Source of the DNA: Eledone cirrhosa
Lineage: Eukaryota
DNA: 64,000 nucleotides
NCBI GenBank assembly: GCA_964016885.1
Contig: OZ024751.1
Coordinates: 44,516,001-44,580,000 of the forward strand
Reading direction: 5' to 3'
Below are positions 1 to 15,691 of this stretch, in pieces. Position 1 is the stretch's first letter; every line of letters starts with the position of its first letter. The notes under the pieces were generated by a model. The model worked only from the letters and a program-made list of their open reading frames with translations. It did not search any database and was not told where the DNA came from. The position numbers and the translations under genes are program-made.

Positions 1-389
1 AACAACTACAACTACAACAACAACAACAACAACAACAACAACTACAACAACAAATAAGCGTATGACGAAATATACAGAAAGAAAAGACAGGCGTAAAAGA
101 CAAAAGATCTGTATTGTGTGGTTCACTTTGTTGTTGTTGTTGTTGTTGTTGTTGCTGCTGCTGGTGTTATTGTTATAGTTGCTGTTGCTGTTGTTGTTGC
201 TGCTATTGTTGTTGTACATGTTTTTGTTGTTGTTATTGTTGTTGCTGCTGCTGGTGTTATTGCAGCGGTTGTTGTTGCTGTTGTCATTATCGTCATATTG
301 TTGTCGGTGTTGTTGTTGTTGTTGTCGCTGTCGTTGACTTTGTTGTTGTTGTCGTTGTTGTTGTCGTTGTTGTTGTTGTCGTCGTCGTC

Positions 390-420
<31 letters not shown>
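1..420. repeat. (CAA)n/(TTG)n-type trinucleotide microsatellite region
   Basis: Direct reading; explains the poly-V/L/C ORFs. Confidence 0.9.
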
Positions 421-588
421 CATTGCATCAGCAGCAGCAACAGAAAGTGCAGAGCATTGTGGGTATTTGGTGACAGTCAACTTTTGACTTGTTTCCAAAC
501 TCTGCTTCCTTTGGTGGACTGTAAAGATATTAATTATGATTTTAGAACACCACTGGTTCATTTAGCGACCCTAATTGAAGGAAATGTA

Positions 589-590
589 CT

Positions 591-653
<63 letters not shown>

Positions 654-1045
654 TAACATACACACACACACTCACACACACACACACACAGACACTAACA
701 TACACACACACACTCACACACACACACACACACAGACACTAACATACACACACACACTCACACACACTCTATCATACACACACTCACACACACACACATT
801 CACACACGCACTCTCTCTCTCTCACACTCACACACACACACACACAGTCACACACGCACACTCTCTCTCACACACACTCATAGACACACACACACACACA
901 CACGGACACTCACATACACAGACACTGACACACACACACTCACACACAAACACTCACATACACACTCACACACTTACACACACATACACTCACACCCACA
1001 CCCACCCACACGCACGCACACACACACAGACACTCTCATACACAC
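589..1045. repeat. imperfect (CA)n microsatellite
   Basis: Direct reading. Confidence 0.95.
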
Positions 1046-1119
1046 ACATCCATGCAAGCGATCACAAGCACATTTATAATCATACATACCCACAAGCAGA
1101 GAAATGCACAAGCATAGCC

Positions 1120-4100
1120 ACATACAGACACACACATACATATACACATAGAGATACACACGTACAAATACACATAGAGATACACACGTACATATACACA
1201 TAGAGATACACACGTAGACATACACATAGAGATACACACGTAGACATACACATAGAGATACACACGTACAAATACACATAGAGATACACACGTACAAATA
1301 CACATAGAGATACACACGTACATATACACATAGAGATACACATACATATACACATAGAGATACACATATAGACATACACATAGAGATACACACGTACTAC
1401 TGAGAGACACCCTGCTGGAGGCGAACTTGATGGCGACCAACCTAAGGTTTAGGAAGAATCTGGGGAAGATGTGGACCTACATCTCAGATGTGCACCTGTC
1501 CAAGTCCCAGATTGATTTCATTCTGGTGAGGAAAAAGTGGCGGAATAGTGTTCTGAACACGGAACCATACAGCTATTTCAGTACACTGGGTAGTGACCAC
1601 CGGCTTGTTATGAGTGAGGTCCGCGTGAGCTTAAGAAAGAGCAAGGCTCAGCCCCGGAGAACGATCTATGACTGGGGAGCTTTCAAGGAAGATGATAAGC
1701 TACAGGAGAGGTTCACAGTGGAAGTGAGAAACCGGTTTAGTGCTCTGTGTGGAGAGTCAGAGGAGAGAGAGATTGGATGGACTGAGGAGAGTGTGACAAG
1801 GAGGTACGGGCACTTCACCAATGCAGTGGCGGAAGCAAGTGAAACCCTGGTGCCGAGGAAAAAAACAAAGGGAAGCACGTCAGCTCTGCAAACACAAAAG
1901 TGTGTGCAGCCAGAGAACACCTGAAAGCTGCCAGGGACCAATTCTATGCTGATCCTACGGAGGAGAGGATGGAGACTGTGGAGGTGATGAGGGAAGAGCT
2001 CTGTACCGCTTACACTGAGGTCAGAGAGGAGGCACTGATAGAGAAGATCAGAAGTGTGGAGAGAGCGGTTGACAGATCTGGATGTAAGGAGAGCTGGATG
2101 ATCATCAACGAGATCACAGGGAGGAAGAGAAGGTGTTCGAGTCAGATCCAGGGAACGGGGCCCGAGGATAGGAAGAGGAAATGGCTAGACCATTTGAGGA
2201 ACTGGATGTTGAGACAGAGCCCTTCACCAGAGAGGAGCTTCAGAGAGCCAAGAAGAGGATCAAGGAGGCCAAGGCTCATGGAGAAGATGGAGTGGCATCA
2301 GAGGTGATGAAGAGGTGTGATTTTGATGATATCATCCTGGGGTTCTGTAACGAGGCACTGGAGAAAGGAGTTGCCCCGAATCAGTGGAGGATCAGTAACA
2401 TCGTCCCAGTGCCAAAGAAGGGAGATCTCTCTAACACCAACAACCACCGGGGGATCTCACTGACGTCACTTGTGGCAAAGACCCTCAACAGGATGATTCT
2501 TAACAGGATCCAGCCTGAGATTGAGAAGAAGCTCAGGGACAACCAGAACGGCTTCAGAGAGGTAGATCAACCACCAGTCACATCCTGATGCTGAGGAGGA
2601 TATTAGAGGGAGCTAGAGCAAAGTGCCTTCCTGTGGTCATGGTTTTCATTGACTTTAGGAAGGCCTTTGATTCTATCGACCGTTACTGCCTGATGAAGAT
2701 CTTACAGGCTTATGGAATCCCCAAGAGGATAGTGGACCTGATATCACTGCTCTACACCAACACCAAAGCCCAAGTCATTACACCTGATGGGATGACAAAG
2801 TTTTTTGAGATACTGGCTGGAGTGCTCCAGGGAGATACATTGGCTCCCTACCTTTTTATCATCGTAGTGGACTATTGTATGCGCCTTGCACTGGAGAAAC
2901 ACCAGGACTCTGGCTTTACTGTAGCACCGGCTCAGAGCAGGAGAGTTAGGGTGAAAAAGGTATCGGATGCTGAATTTGCCGACGACATAGTTTTGGTGAC
3001 AAATACAGTGAAGGAGGCAGAGGATTTGATGCGGGAGGTTGAGACTGTGTCGATGAGTGTGGGGCTGAGAATGAATGAGACTAAAACAAAATATCTGGTA
3101 GAGAATGTTGAGAAGCCAGAGGGGATCACTAATGTAGGCGGGAAGCCGCTGGAATTGGTTGAGGACTTCCTGTATTTGGGAGCAAAGATTGGGAATACGG
3201 AGGATGATGTGGTTGAGAGGAAGAGCAAGGCCTGGGCGGCGTGCCACAGCTTGAGATCGGTGTGGAAGTCGGACCTTCGTAGAGACCTGTAGTGGAGTCT
3301 GTGCTGCTGTATGGGTCTGAGACTTGGACGCTGACCAAGAAACTCACTCAGATGGTGGATGGGTGCTACACGAGAATGCTGAGGATGGCTCTGAACATTA
3401 ATCAGTATACACTGAGGATGAAAAACTCAGAGCTGTATGGGAGCATCCCAAAAGTCAGCTCAAAATCGACACAGAGGAGACTGAGGTTAGCTGGACATGC
3501 TCAGCGACATCCAGAGTTGACATTGCACTCAGTACTCCTTTGGGAGCCCCTACATGGACACACTAGAAGAGGAAGACCAAGGTTAACGTATGTTGATGCC
3601 CTAAGGACAGACACTGGTCTGTTGGAGACGCAGGACATGGCAGCGATAATGAGGGACAGAGACCGCTGGAGAGAACTCGTCCATGGATCTCGGGAATTTT
3701 ACCCGCCTTAGATGATAAATACACATAGAGATACACATGTAGACATACACATAGAGATACACACGTAGACATACACATAGAGATACACACGTAGACATAC
3801 ACATAGAGATACACACGTAGACATACATATAGAGATACACATGTAGACATACACATAGAGATACACACGTAGACATACACATAGAGATACACACGTAGAC
3901 ATACACATAGAGATACACACGTAGACATACATATAGAGATACACATGTAGACATACACATAGAGATACACATGTAGACATACACATAGAGATACACACGT
4001 ACATATACACATAGAGATACACATGTAGACATACACATGTAGACACACACATAGAGATACACATAGAGATACACATGTAGACATACACATAGAGATACAC

Positions 4101-4240
4101 ATGTAGACATACACATAGAGATACACACGTAGACATACACATAGAGATACACACGTAGACATACACATAGAGATACACATGTAGACATACACATAGAGAT
4201 ACGCATGTAGACATACACATAGAGATACACATGTAGACAT
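1120..4240 (+). repeat. 22-bp minisatellite (GAGATACACAYGTAGACATACACATA-like), interrupted by the RTE LINE
   Basis: The same unit occurs at ~1120-1397 and ~3719-4240 on both sides of the LINE. Confidence 0.9.
1398..3718 (+). mobile_element. 5'-truncated, frameshifted RTE-clade non-LTR retrotransposon (APE endonuclease C-terminus + reverse transcriptase)
   Basis: Consecutive ORF pieces 1427-3711 contain QIDFILV and LGSDHRLV (EN), IVPVPKKGD, NHRGISL, QNGFR, FIDFRKAFDSI, GVLQGDTLAPYLF, FADD, FLYLG, YGSETW, LRLAGH and RGRPR. Several frameshifts. Confidence 0.92.
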
Positions 4241-4585
4241 TGCCCACGGAGTCACTGGTTATAACCATGTATTACTAAGAACTTAAGTACAGTTGATAGA
4301 ACAATTTATCTATATAGAAGGCATTCGTGGCAGTCTGATTCATACAAGTACATTATTATTGATGTAGCTATTGTGGTTAAGGCCCTAGGCCAAGCCTGTT
4401 TCATCAGACCTATGATCAAATGAAGTCCAACCATGACCATACCACCTTCCTTTCGTTTTTATGATATATCTAGGACTGAAATATCTAAAGGCAGACTTGC
4501 CAAACTCTAAACACCCAAACGGGAAGTACCACGAAAAAAGTACCCCAAAACGGGGAGAAATGAGGCAAAATGGGGAGATTTTACA

Positions 4586-4687
4586 CAATTGTTTCTACTT
4601 TTGGCACAAGGCCAGCAAATACCCCAGTGCATTACTGGTACTTTATTTTATCGACCCCCGCAAGGATGAAAGGCAAAGTTGACCTCG
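4586..4687 (-). mobile_element. SINE fragment (family with TTTGCCTTTCATCC..GGGGTCGATAAAATAAAGTACCAGT core)
   Basis: Reverse complement matches the SINE core seen many times at 39-57 kb. Confidence 0.8.
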
Positions 4688-4799
4688 AAAGCTATACTCA
4701 TTTTCACAAGAGAAGACATGTCTCATCCACCCCCAAAAGTGGGTGGGAGATCTCCCCGTCGGGCGGGGAGAGTTAACTGGTCTGTAATGGGTTCTCACC

Positions 4800-4940
4800 A
4801 TCCTCCCCCTGCCCCTCCCCCTCCTCCCCCTCCTCCTCCTCCTCCTCCTCCTCATCATCATCCTCATCATCATCATCACCACCGTTGTGGATGAAGAAGA
4901 CGATGAGGATGAGGAGGAGAATGACGACGATGTTTATGAC

Positions 4941-4971
<31 letters not shown>

Positions 4972-5045
4972 TTGACGATGATGATGTTTATGATGGAGGT
5001 TATGTTGATGATGACGATGTTTATGATGACGATGATGATGAGGGC

Positions 5046-5076
<31 letters not shown>

Positions 5077-5245
5077 GCGATGACGATGATTATGATGGAG
5101 GTTATGTTGATGATGACGATGATGATGATGATGGACATGGTGACCATGGTGACGGTGATGAATCGAAAGTAAAGAACAAGGACAAATATTGCAAAATTAT
5201 TTGTCCGATGCTCTAACGATTCTGCCAGTGCTACTGCTGCTGCTG

Positions 5246-5291
<46 letters not shown>
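4800..5291. repeat. compound (CCT)n/(CAT)n/(GAT)n/(CTA)n microsatellites
   Basis: Direct reading. Confidence 0.9.
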
Positions 5292-5443
5292 ACAATTCTT
5301 GACACTCATCCCGTCATCTCAGATTTTGACCTTTGTCATCTCACTCTTTTAATATCAGGGCATTTTCTATATTTTCTTTACACACATATATACACACACA
5401 CACATACACACCATTAACACACCTACCCATATATACATACATT

Positions 5444-6911
<1,468 letters not shown>

Positions 6912-7475
6912 TTCCCTGACGTCTATATTCACCCACATATTCATATAGGGTGTTAAACCCGTCACATCACATCACACTCATCATCTGGTTCTCTCTTATC
7001 ACGCTGCTTTACAATGGCTTCAAGATTTTAATACACAAAATCAACAAAAATAAATCCCCACACATTCATACACAAACACCATGAGAAATAAAGGGGAGAA
7101 AAAAACACAGCAACGAACAAAATTATGACATTTTCACGAAGTAGATAGTAAATAGCTCATAATTTCCTCATCAGAATCTACTTCCACAATTCTTCCTTCA
7201 CAATTGTCAATTGTATCATTACTGCTGCATCATACGACACACCTAGCAAGTTATACTAACATTTCCTTCGTTACAGCACACCCAAGGATTCGCGGAAAAA
7301 ATAAATAAATAACAAGCAAAAAGTTAAAAAATAATAATAAACAAAGCAATAAAATAAAACAAAAAAAAAAATGAAATGTTAGCATTATTCTTAATGTTAA
7401 TACCAATTGAATTTTACGCAACTTAATTATATCATTAGCACACATACATACACACACATTCATATATATTTACAG

Positions 7476-7540
<65 letters not shown>

Positions 7541-7724
7541 AACACACACACGCGCACACACATATTGACATACAAATAGGTAAATAAATAGATAGATAAT
7601 ATAGAGAGAGATAGGTAGATAGATATCTTTCTTTATTCGATAGACAGACAGATAGACAGACAAACAGACAGATAGACAGATAGACAGACAGACGGACAGA
7701 CAGACAGATAGATAGATAGATAGA

Positions 7725-8032
7725 TTTCTATTTATGGCCACTAGGGCGCAAAAGAAGGGGACAAATACAAGGGGGGAGTTTACAAAAAAAGGCGAGTAAA
7801 GAAAACAAATAACAAATATAAAATTAACAATAAAGTCCTCAATAGGGAGGGGGCGTTTGGGGGGTCGCACACACCGCCGAAAAAAGTGTGCAACCCCTTC
7901 TCCTCAGGAGCACAGAGAGAGGGTGCTCCCTCGTTCCTTCCTCTTTTCCACCTACAGGCTGATGTAGAGAGAAGGCCCATTCACACGGGCCATTCTCGCC
8001 ACTTTCACCCACCTTTCATAAAAACGACTGGG
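7725..8032 (-). mobile_element. L1/Tx1-type LINE, 3' fragment, in (GATA)n
   Basis: Homologous to the 3' end and UTR of the element at 27885-32276; flanked by GATA repeats. Confidence 0.85.
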
Positions 8033-8066
8033 TAGATTGATAAATAGATAGATAGATAGATAGATA

Positions 8067-9463
8067 TATTTCTTTATTAGCCACAGGGCCACAAAAGAAG
8101 GGGACAAATACAAAGGAGGAAGTTTACATACAATAAAAACGTGTAAAATATTATCACAAATGCAATTTAAAAATTAATCGATTTTTCCCCAATAGGGGGA
8201 GACAGTTCATATGGGTAACACATACCACCGAAAAAAAAATGTGCAACCCTCATCTCCAGGAGTACGAAGAGTTTGTACTCCTTTCCTCTCCTCTTTTTCC
8301 TCAACCTACAGGCTGATATAGAGAGAAGGTCCATTCACTCGGGCCATTCTCACCACTTTCACCCATCTTTCATAAAACTTGCTGGGGTACAGCACCTCTC
8401 TCTCCATCCTGATTCTTCTTCCAAAGTGGAAAAAAAGAATCATTTGTTGGCCGGAGAGAAAGGTGTCTGACCTCAGCCCTTTCAACATTGTCCACCATAC
8501 AACCTCTTTCGCCATAGCTATCACACAAAAGAAAATCGCCTCTCCTTCGTTTTTGAAGGATGGTGGCGGTTTGATCATGACAATGGACTCGGTGGTCAAC
8601 TGGATTGGTCCCACTCGCGACAATAGTCGTTCTACATAGCCCCACAGGTCGGTGACGCCCGGGCAGTGTATGAATGCGTGCGCGACGGTTTCTTCGTCTC
8701 GCACGCACCTCGGACAGATCTTTTTTGCAGGGTCCCTGTCCGGGCGCCCATGTCTGTAGAGCTTGTCTCGAACTGGTAGAGCTCCTCGGTAGCACTGCCA
8801 GGCCAGGGAGTTTTGGAAGTTGTCCATCGGTCCCGGGCGGAAGGTCCTACCGAACAGACTGGCCAGTTCGTCTTCCTCTACGCCCAGAGTTTCACCGAGC
8901 GCGTCGTCGCACTTGCTGCGGACCAACCCTCTATAGAATGACGAAGTGGAGACTCCACTGATCGCCGGGTCCGCCTGCCAGAGGGCTGTGAGCGCCTGAG
9001 CACATTCGATGTGCCAGTCGCCCATTTTCCTCGGTCTTTGCTTGACCCAGGACTGCAGCTCGGTCAGCGAGACGAGTCGTGGGAAGGCTCGCCTCACGAA
9101 CGGGGCCCACACCGGTTGTCCGGTGAGGAATACGTAGAGATGCCGCAGCCTGAGCACGTGTTTGCGCATCGTCAGCCACGGCATCCCCAGCCCTCCGTTG
9201 GAAGGGCGTTGGCAGCAGATGGATCTTCTCACCAAAGGAGCCCGCCTCTTCCAAAGGAATTGGAAGAGCGCATGCTCCATTTTGGCGAGCGTTTTGGCTG
9301 GACAAGGCACGACGGTCAAGCGGTAGTAGATGGCGGACGCTATAAAAGTGTTCGCCATCTCCACTCGACCTTTCAAGTATAGTTTGCACTCGGTTCACTT
9401 CTGGGTGAGTGCAAACACCTTGGCCGACACCTCGTTCCAGTTCTTCTCCACCTGGAGGTCCGG
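8067..9463 (-). mobile_element. L1/Tx1-type LINE, 5'-truncated diverged subfamily copy (ORF2 C-terminus with CCHC-like motif CPRC..ETVAHAFIHC)
   Basis: ORF 8306-9376 is homologous to the C-terminal third of ORF 28147-31608 (GGLGMP, ALPVR, CPRC). Both ends abut GATA repeats. Confidence 0.9.
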
Positions 9464-9552
9464 ATAGATACATAGATACTATATCATATAAAACACATGG
9501 TCTTTCCATTGCTGATACTATCTACCGGTTGCAATTCATTGCAGATAGTGCA

Positions 9553-9665
9553 ACGTTAAATAAAGTGTCTTGCTTAGGACAGAACGCATCACCCGGTCCT
9601 GGAGTCGAACTCGAAACGTCACGATTGCGAATCCAATTCTCTAACCATTAAGCCACGCGCCTTCA
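9553..9665 (-). mobile_element. tRNA-derived SINE fragment (second family)
   Basis: Minus strand reads GCGCGTGGCTTAATGGTTAGAG..GTTTCGAGTTCGACTCC (A/B boxes), then GTCCTAAGCAAGACACTTTATTT, as at 33.5 kb and 55.4 kb. Confidence 0.75.
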
Positions 9666-10668
9666 CTAAGAAAAGATACTTGACCCGAAAGGTTGGAGCT
9701 GTGCTGTCACCACTAAAGATACTCAAGAAATTTCAGCTTGAAGTGTTAAATTAAGTCTTACATGCAAACCCATTCTTTCGACCCAGTTTCTTTCACAATA
9801 CTTCGTTTGAACTCAAAACTGTGTTAGTTTCAAAGCGAATATCTTGACCATACAGATCAGATAAGCCTGCACCCACTTCAGTAATACAGTTGTTTATACT
9901 AATAAGTGTCACTTTTTTTTAAAGATATAATCCGCGAACGGTGGCTATCCTTGTTGAATTAGATGTGTGGGAAGACACATAAATGGAAGTGTGGTTAATG
10001 ATAATATTAAAGCATTTATAATAATTACAATATGAGAACACAGATAGATATAGAGGAAGAACAGTTTTTCATTCATCAGAAAAGGAAGAACATATTAAAT
10101 TGTTCTAAACTATAGTTAAATGTTGTTTTAGTTAGGGAAGCGTAAATTGTAATTTGTATTGTTCATGATGGCTTTCACAAAGAGTTTGCTGTCATAAGTG
10201 GAAAGAAAGATCTTCAAAGGCAAATTAAAATGACATAATAGGTTAGGCTTAACTCGTGCTTTAATTTACTGTTTATTCAAAGAGGAAAGGGCAGTCCCTA
10301 TGACTCTTTTCAGGGCCTTTGAACTTGGTAAGGAGGAGGATGACGTTACCCTCATATCGGAGACCTAGCCCAAACGTTTACAACACAGCGGTTTCTGCTA
10401 AAGACACCAACTAACAAGATGATGTATTAACGCAGGCGACGGATTATGTCTACGACTCAATTAGACCACTGCGGGATTTGAACACAGAACTCAGGAGCCA
10501 GAAAACATATCACAAATGTTCAAATCTGAGGCTCTAAGAATTCTACTCTTTTAGCAAGGTTTTCATTCTTAGTTTAGCTGTTTCCCACTTTATATACGAC
10601 ATTTATTACAAGTTATATACGACATTTATATATGACATTTATTACCATTTTCAATTTGTATTTTTCAG

Positions 10669-10782
10669 ATTTGGAAATAGAATCTTTCGAGGCACCTCAA
10701 TATAATTCAGAATACGCCAGTGTGCCGCGGTGGCTCACAATTTGGGAATCACAGCACAATATACTGAGGAGCAGTGGCGCTG
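10669..10782 (+). CDS. candidate 114-bp phase 1-1 exon, (D)LEIESFEAPQYNSEYASVPRWLTIWESQHNILRSSGA(G); product unknown
   Basis: Acceptor TTTGTATTTTTCAG, donor CTG/GTGTGT, only one open frame, higher GC than the flanks. Confidence 0.35.
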
Positions 10783-11779
10783 GTGTGTATATATTTGTAT
10801 GTATTTGTATGTGTGTGTGCGAATTATAAGCATCTGTGTTTGTGTATATGTGTAGGGATGTGTGTGTGTATATGTGGACATATACATTATATACCTTGTA
10901 CAAATGTAGTTATAATTCGTCTCCCACCAGTGGTAGCCATCGTGGAGTTTATCTCTCTATCCATCAATTCCTCTATCCATCCATCCATTATTTAGTTATG
11001 ATCAAAGATATAAATCAACACCGTATAATGTCGTGAGAACTATATCTTTATTTTTGAATCATTATCTGTTATGTTCTGCTTCAGTTATGTCCTAACAACA
11101 TTGTCACAGACCTTGGGAAATCATTTGACAATAAAAAGAATCTCACGCAACCATTTTGTTTCCTGGTCGAATACAAATGTCCATATTTTACTAGCTGAAA
11201 TCAATATAAACATATTTAAATATTTACAGTCTATTTCACCATCTCAGAAACATCAATATTCTGGGCCGTATCAACTCGTGTCTAGGCTCACTAAAGTTTC
11301 AGATAATTTAGACCCCTTTATAGTAGTTCAATCATTCACCCTACTCAGAATAAAATGAACCAAAATATATTGACGAGGTCCTAAGCTTTAGCCTAGTCAG
11401 TGTTATGAATAAACAAGCTCTTTCCATGTTAGAAATGTTTCATATACTTTTCTTCAATAGCTTGACAGGCGAATCCACCCCACTCAGATCGCAAATACAT
11501 TTCTATATAGTTTTTTTCTTCTTTAAATATCGACTGGTTGGTTGGCTGGCTTATTGGTTGGTTTTGTATCTGGCCCGTTGGCTGGCTGGTATCTGGCTGG
11601 TTGGTTTGTTAGAGTGGTTAGTTGGCTGGCTGAGTGGTTGGGTGGCTGGCAGGTCGGGTGTTAGGCTGATTCTTGGCTTATTGGTTTCTTGGTAAATTGG
11701 GAGATTGATTGGCTGGCTGGTTAGTTGCTTAGTTTGTTCGTATGTTCGTTATAGGTTAGTTGTAGGATATGAGAGTAGC

Positions 11780-14700
11780 TAAGGTAGGTAGATAGGTAGG
11801 TAGGTAGATAGGTTGGTAGGTAGGTAGGTAGGTAGGTAGGTAGGTAGGTAGGTAGGTAGATAGGTAGGTAAGTAGGTAGGTAGGTAGGTAGGTAGGTAGG
11901 TAAGTAGGTAGGTAGATAGGTAGGTAGGTAGGTAGGTAGATAGGTAGGTAGGTAGGTAGGTAGGTAGATAGGTAGGTAGATAGATAGATATATTTCTTTT
12001 ATTTGCCACTAGGGCATCAAAAGTGGGACAAGTACAAAGGGGGGAGTTTACACAAAAAGGCGTCCTCAATAAGGAGGAGGCAATAACAAAATATAAAAAT
12101 AAAATAAGATATAACAAAAAATAAAATTTTTAACAAAATCCTCAATAGAGAGGAGGCGCCTTGGGGGGTCGCACACACCCCCGAAAAAAGTGTGCAACCC
12201 TTCTCCTCAGGAGCACAGAGAAGGGGTGCTCCCTTGGTCTTTCATCTTCCTCACCTATAGTCTGATGTAGAGTGAAGGCCCATTCACACGGGCCATTCTC
12301 GCCACTTTCACCCATCTTTCATAGAAACGGCTGGGGTGCAGCACCTCTCTCTCCATCCTGATCCTTCTTCCGAAATGATATCGGAAGAAACGGACCAGTT
12401 GTTGGCCAGAGAGAAAGGTGCCCGACCTCAGTCCTTTCAGACGCGTCCACCATACAACCTCTTTCGCCATGGCTATTACGCACAGAAACACCGCCTCTGC
12501 TTCATCTTTGAAGGGGGGAGGCGGCTTGATCATTACAATAGACTCGGTGGTCAACCGGATCGGTCCCACCCTTGACAGCAGTTGTTCGACATAGCCCCAC
12601 AGATCGGCTACGCCCGAGCAGTGTACTAATGCGTGTGCAACGGTTTCCTCGTCGCACACGCATCTGGGACAGATCTTTTTGGCGGGGTCCCTACCCGGGC
12701 GCCCGTGTCTGTAGAGCCTTTCTCGAACGGGTAAAGCCCCTCGGTAGCACTGCCAGGCCAGGGACTTCTGGAAGTTATCCATAGGTCCCGGGCTGAATGT
12801 CCTACCGAACAGGCTGGCCAGTTCGTCCTCCTCCATGTCTAGGGCTTCTCCGAGGGCGTCGTCGCACCTGCTGCGTACCAGCCCTCTATAGAATGTTGCG
12901 GTGGAGTCTCCACTGATAACCGGATCCGCCTGCCAGAGGGCGGTGAGCGCCTGGGCACACTCAGTGTGCCAGGCGCCCAGTTTTCTCGGTCTTTGCTTGA
13001 CCCAGGATTGCAGCTCGGTGAGTGAGACGAGTCTGGGAAAGGTTCGTCTCACAAACGAGGCCCACACCGGTTGTCCGGTGAGGAATACGTAGAGGTGCCG
13101 TAGCCTTAATGCGTGTTTACGCATCATTAGCCACGGCATCCCCAGCCCTCCTTTCGAAGGGTGTTGACAGCAGATGGATCTCCTCACCATAGGAGCCCGC
13201 CTCTTCCAAAGGAATTGGAAGAGCGCGCGCTCCATCTTGGTGAGGGTTTCCCTTGGGCAGGGCACTACGGTCAGGCGGTAGTAGATGACGGACGCTATGT
13301 AGGTGTTCGCCACCTCCGCCCGACCTTTCAGGGATAGTTTGCAACTGGCCCACTTCTGGGTCAGTGCAAACACCCTGTTCGTAACCTCCGCCCAGTTTTT
13401 CTCCACCTGGAGGTCCGGTCCGAACCAGACCCCGAGCAACTTCACCGGGCCCTCCGTCCAGCGTCCGACGACGCTATCGGAGGGCATCGGTCTGCCCCTC
13501 CACGTGCCGAGTTGCAAACCGATCGACTTGTCCCGGTTCAGCTTAGCCCCTGTGAACTTTTCGTACTCCTCCAGTAAGGTGCCGACCGCCTCGATTTCGG
13601 AGGCCGTCGACACCATTACTGTCACGTCATCGGCGTAGGCCGACACCGCTAGATAGATAGATAGGTAGGTAGATAGGTAGGTAGGTAGGTAGGTAGGTAG
13701 GTAGGTAGGTAGGTAGATAGGTAGGTAGGTAGGTAGGTAGATAGGTAGGTAGGTAGATAGGTAGGTAGGTAGGTAGGTAGGTAGGTAGATAGGTAGGTAG
13801 GTAGGTAGATAGGGAGGTAGGTAGATAGGTAGGTAGGTAGATAGGTAGGTAGGTAGGTAGGTAGGTAGGTAGGTAGATGGGTAGGTAGGTAGGTAGGTAG
13901 GTAGGTAGATAGGTAGGTAGGTAGATAGGTAGGTAGGTAGGTAGGTAGGTAGGTAGGTGGGTAGGTAGATAGGTAGGTAGATAGGTAGATAGATGGGTAG
14001 GTAGGTAGGTAGGTAGGTAGGTAGGTAGATAGGTAGGTAGGTAGGTAGATAGGTAGGTAGGTAAGTAGGTAGGTTGGTAGATAGGTAGGTAGGTAGGTAG
14101 GTAGGTAGGTAGGTAGGTAGGTAGGTGGGTAGATAGGTAGGTAGATAGGTAGGTAGGTAGGTAGAGAGATAGGTAGGTAAGTATGTAGATAGGTAGATAG
14201 GTAGGTAGGTATGTAGGTAGGTAGGTAAGTAGGTAGGTAGATAGGTAGGTAGGTAGGTAGGTAAGTAGGTAGGTAGAGAGATAGGTAGGTAAGTAGGTAG
14301 GTTGGTAGGTAAGTAGGTAGGTAGGTAGGTAGATAGGTAGGTGGGTAGATAGGTAGGTAGATAGGTAGGTAGGTAGGTAGGTAAGTAGGTAGGTAGAGAG
14401 ATAGGTAGGTAAGTAGGTAGGTTGGTAGGTAAGTAGGTAGGTAGGTAGGTAGATAGGTAGGTGGGTAGATAGGTAGGTAGATAGGTAGGTAGGTAGGTAG
14501 AGAGATAGGTAGGTAGGTAGATAGGTAGGTAGGTAAGTAGGTAGGTTGGTAGATAGGTATGTAGGTAGGTAGGTAGGTAGGTAGGTAGGTAGGTAGATAG
14601 GTAGGTAGATAGGTAGGTAGGTAGGTAGAGAGATAGGTAGGTAAGTATGTAGATAGGTAGATAGGTAGGTAGGTATGTAGGTAGGTAGGTAAGTAGGTAG

Positions 14701-15150
14701 GTAGATAGGTAGGTTGGTTGGTATCTAGGTAGGTAAGTAGGTAGGTAGATAGTTAGGTAGGTAGGTAGATAGGTAGGTAGGTAAGTAGGTAGGTTGGTAG
14801 ATAGGTATGTAGGTAGGTAGGTAGGTAGGTAGGTAGGTAGGTAGATAGGTAGGTAGATAGGTAGGTAGGTAGGTAGAGAGATAGGTAGGTAAGTATGTAG
14901 ATAGGTAGATAGGTAGGTAGGTATGTAGGTAGGTAGGTAAGTAGGTAGGTAGATAGGTAGGTTGGTTGGTATCTAGGTAGAGATTGTGGTGGGTGGGTAA
15001 GTAGGTAGGTAAAAAGAGTGGGGTAGATAGGTAGGTAGGTATGTAGGTAGGTAGGTAAGTAGGTAGGTAGATAGGCCGGTTGGTTGGTATCTAGGTAGCG
15101 ATTGTGGTGGGTGGGTAAGTAGGTAGGTAAAAAGAGTGGGGTAGATAGGT
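11780..15150. repeat. (GGTA)n/(GATA)n tetranucleotide array interrupted by a Tx1 LINE
   Basis: Direct reading at 11780-11990 and 13650-15150. Confidence 0.95.
11991..13649 (-). mobile_element. L1/Tx1-type LINE, 5'-truncated young copy (YADD to 3' UTR)
   Basis: ORF 12255-13646 is almost identical to the C-terminal part of ORF 28147-31608; inserted at GATA units. Confidence 0.95.
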
Positions 15151-15430
15151 AGATAGGGAAATGGATAGCCGTAGTGGTGACCGTGCAGTACAGGGGGGGA
15201 CACACTCACCCACACAGAACCTTACACAAACCCTTCGGCACCCTCTTGCTGTCAATGAGTAATATTGATAAAGTCTGCAATTGTCTAAGAACAACAAGGA
15301 GGCAATGGAGGGTGAAGTGAGTTTTTGGCAATGGCACTATAAATGATGGAAGTCGTCTCACCTGTAATATGACGCATACCTGCACCTAACACCTAACCGT
15401 ATATATGTCTAGGTGCTTCTAAATTTATGT

Positions 15431-15503
<73 letters not shown>

Positions 15504-15563
15504 TAACAATATTATGTTTCTAAATCTATGTATATATGTATATGTATATATTTATGTAAATAC

Positions 15564-15594
<31 letters not shown>

Positions 15595-15645
15595 CATACA
15601 TATATATATATATATACATACATATATATTGTTATGCTTTGGAAA

Positions 15646-15691
<46 letters not shown>

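Noticed and set aside
4887-5216. Asp-rich acidic protein ORF (also 25103-25372 and 53203-53823)
   Set aside because: (GAT)n microsatellite without splice or signal-peptide support.
11780-15150. Telomere-like array with telomeric retrotransposons
   Set aside because: The repeat is GGTA/GATA rather than TTAGGG-like and is interstitial.
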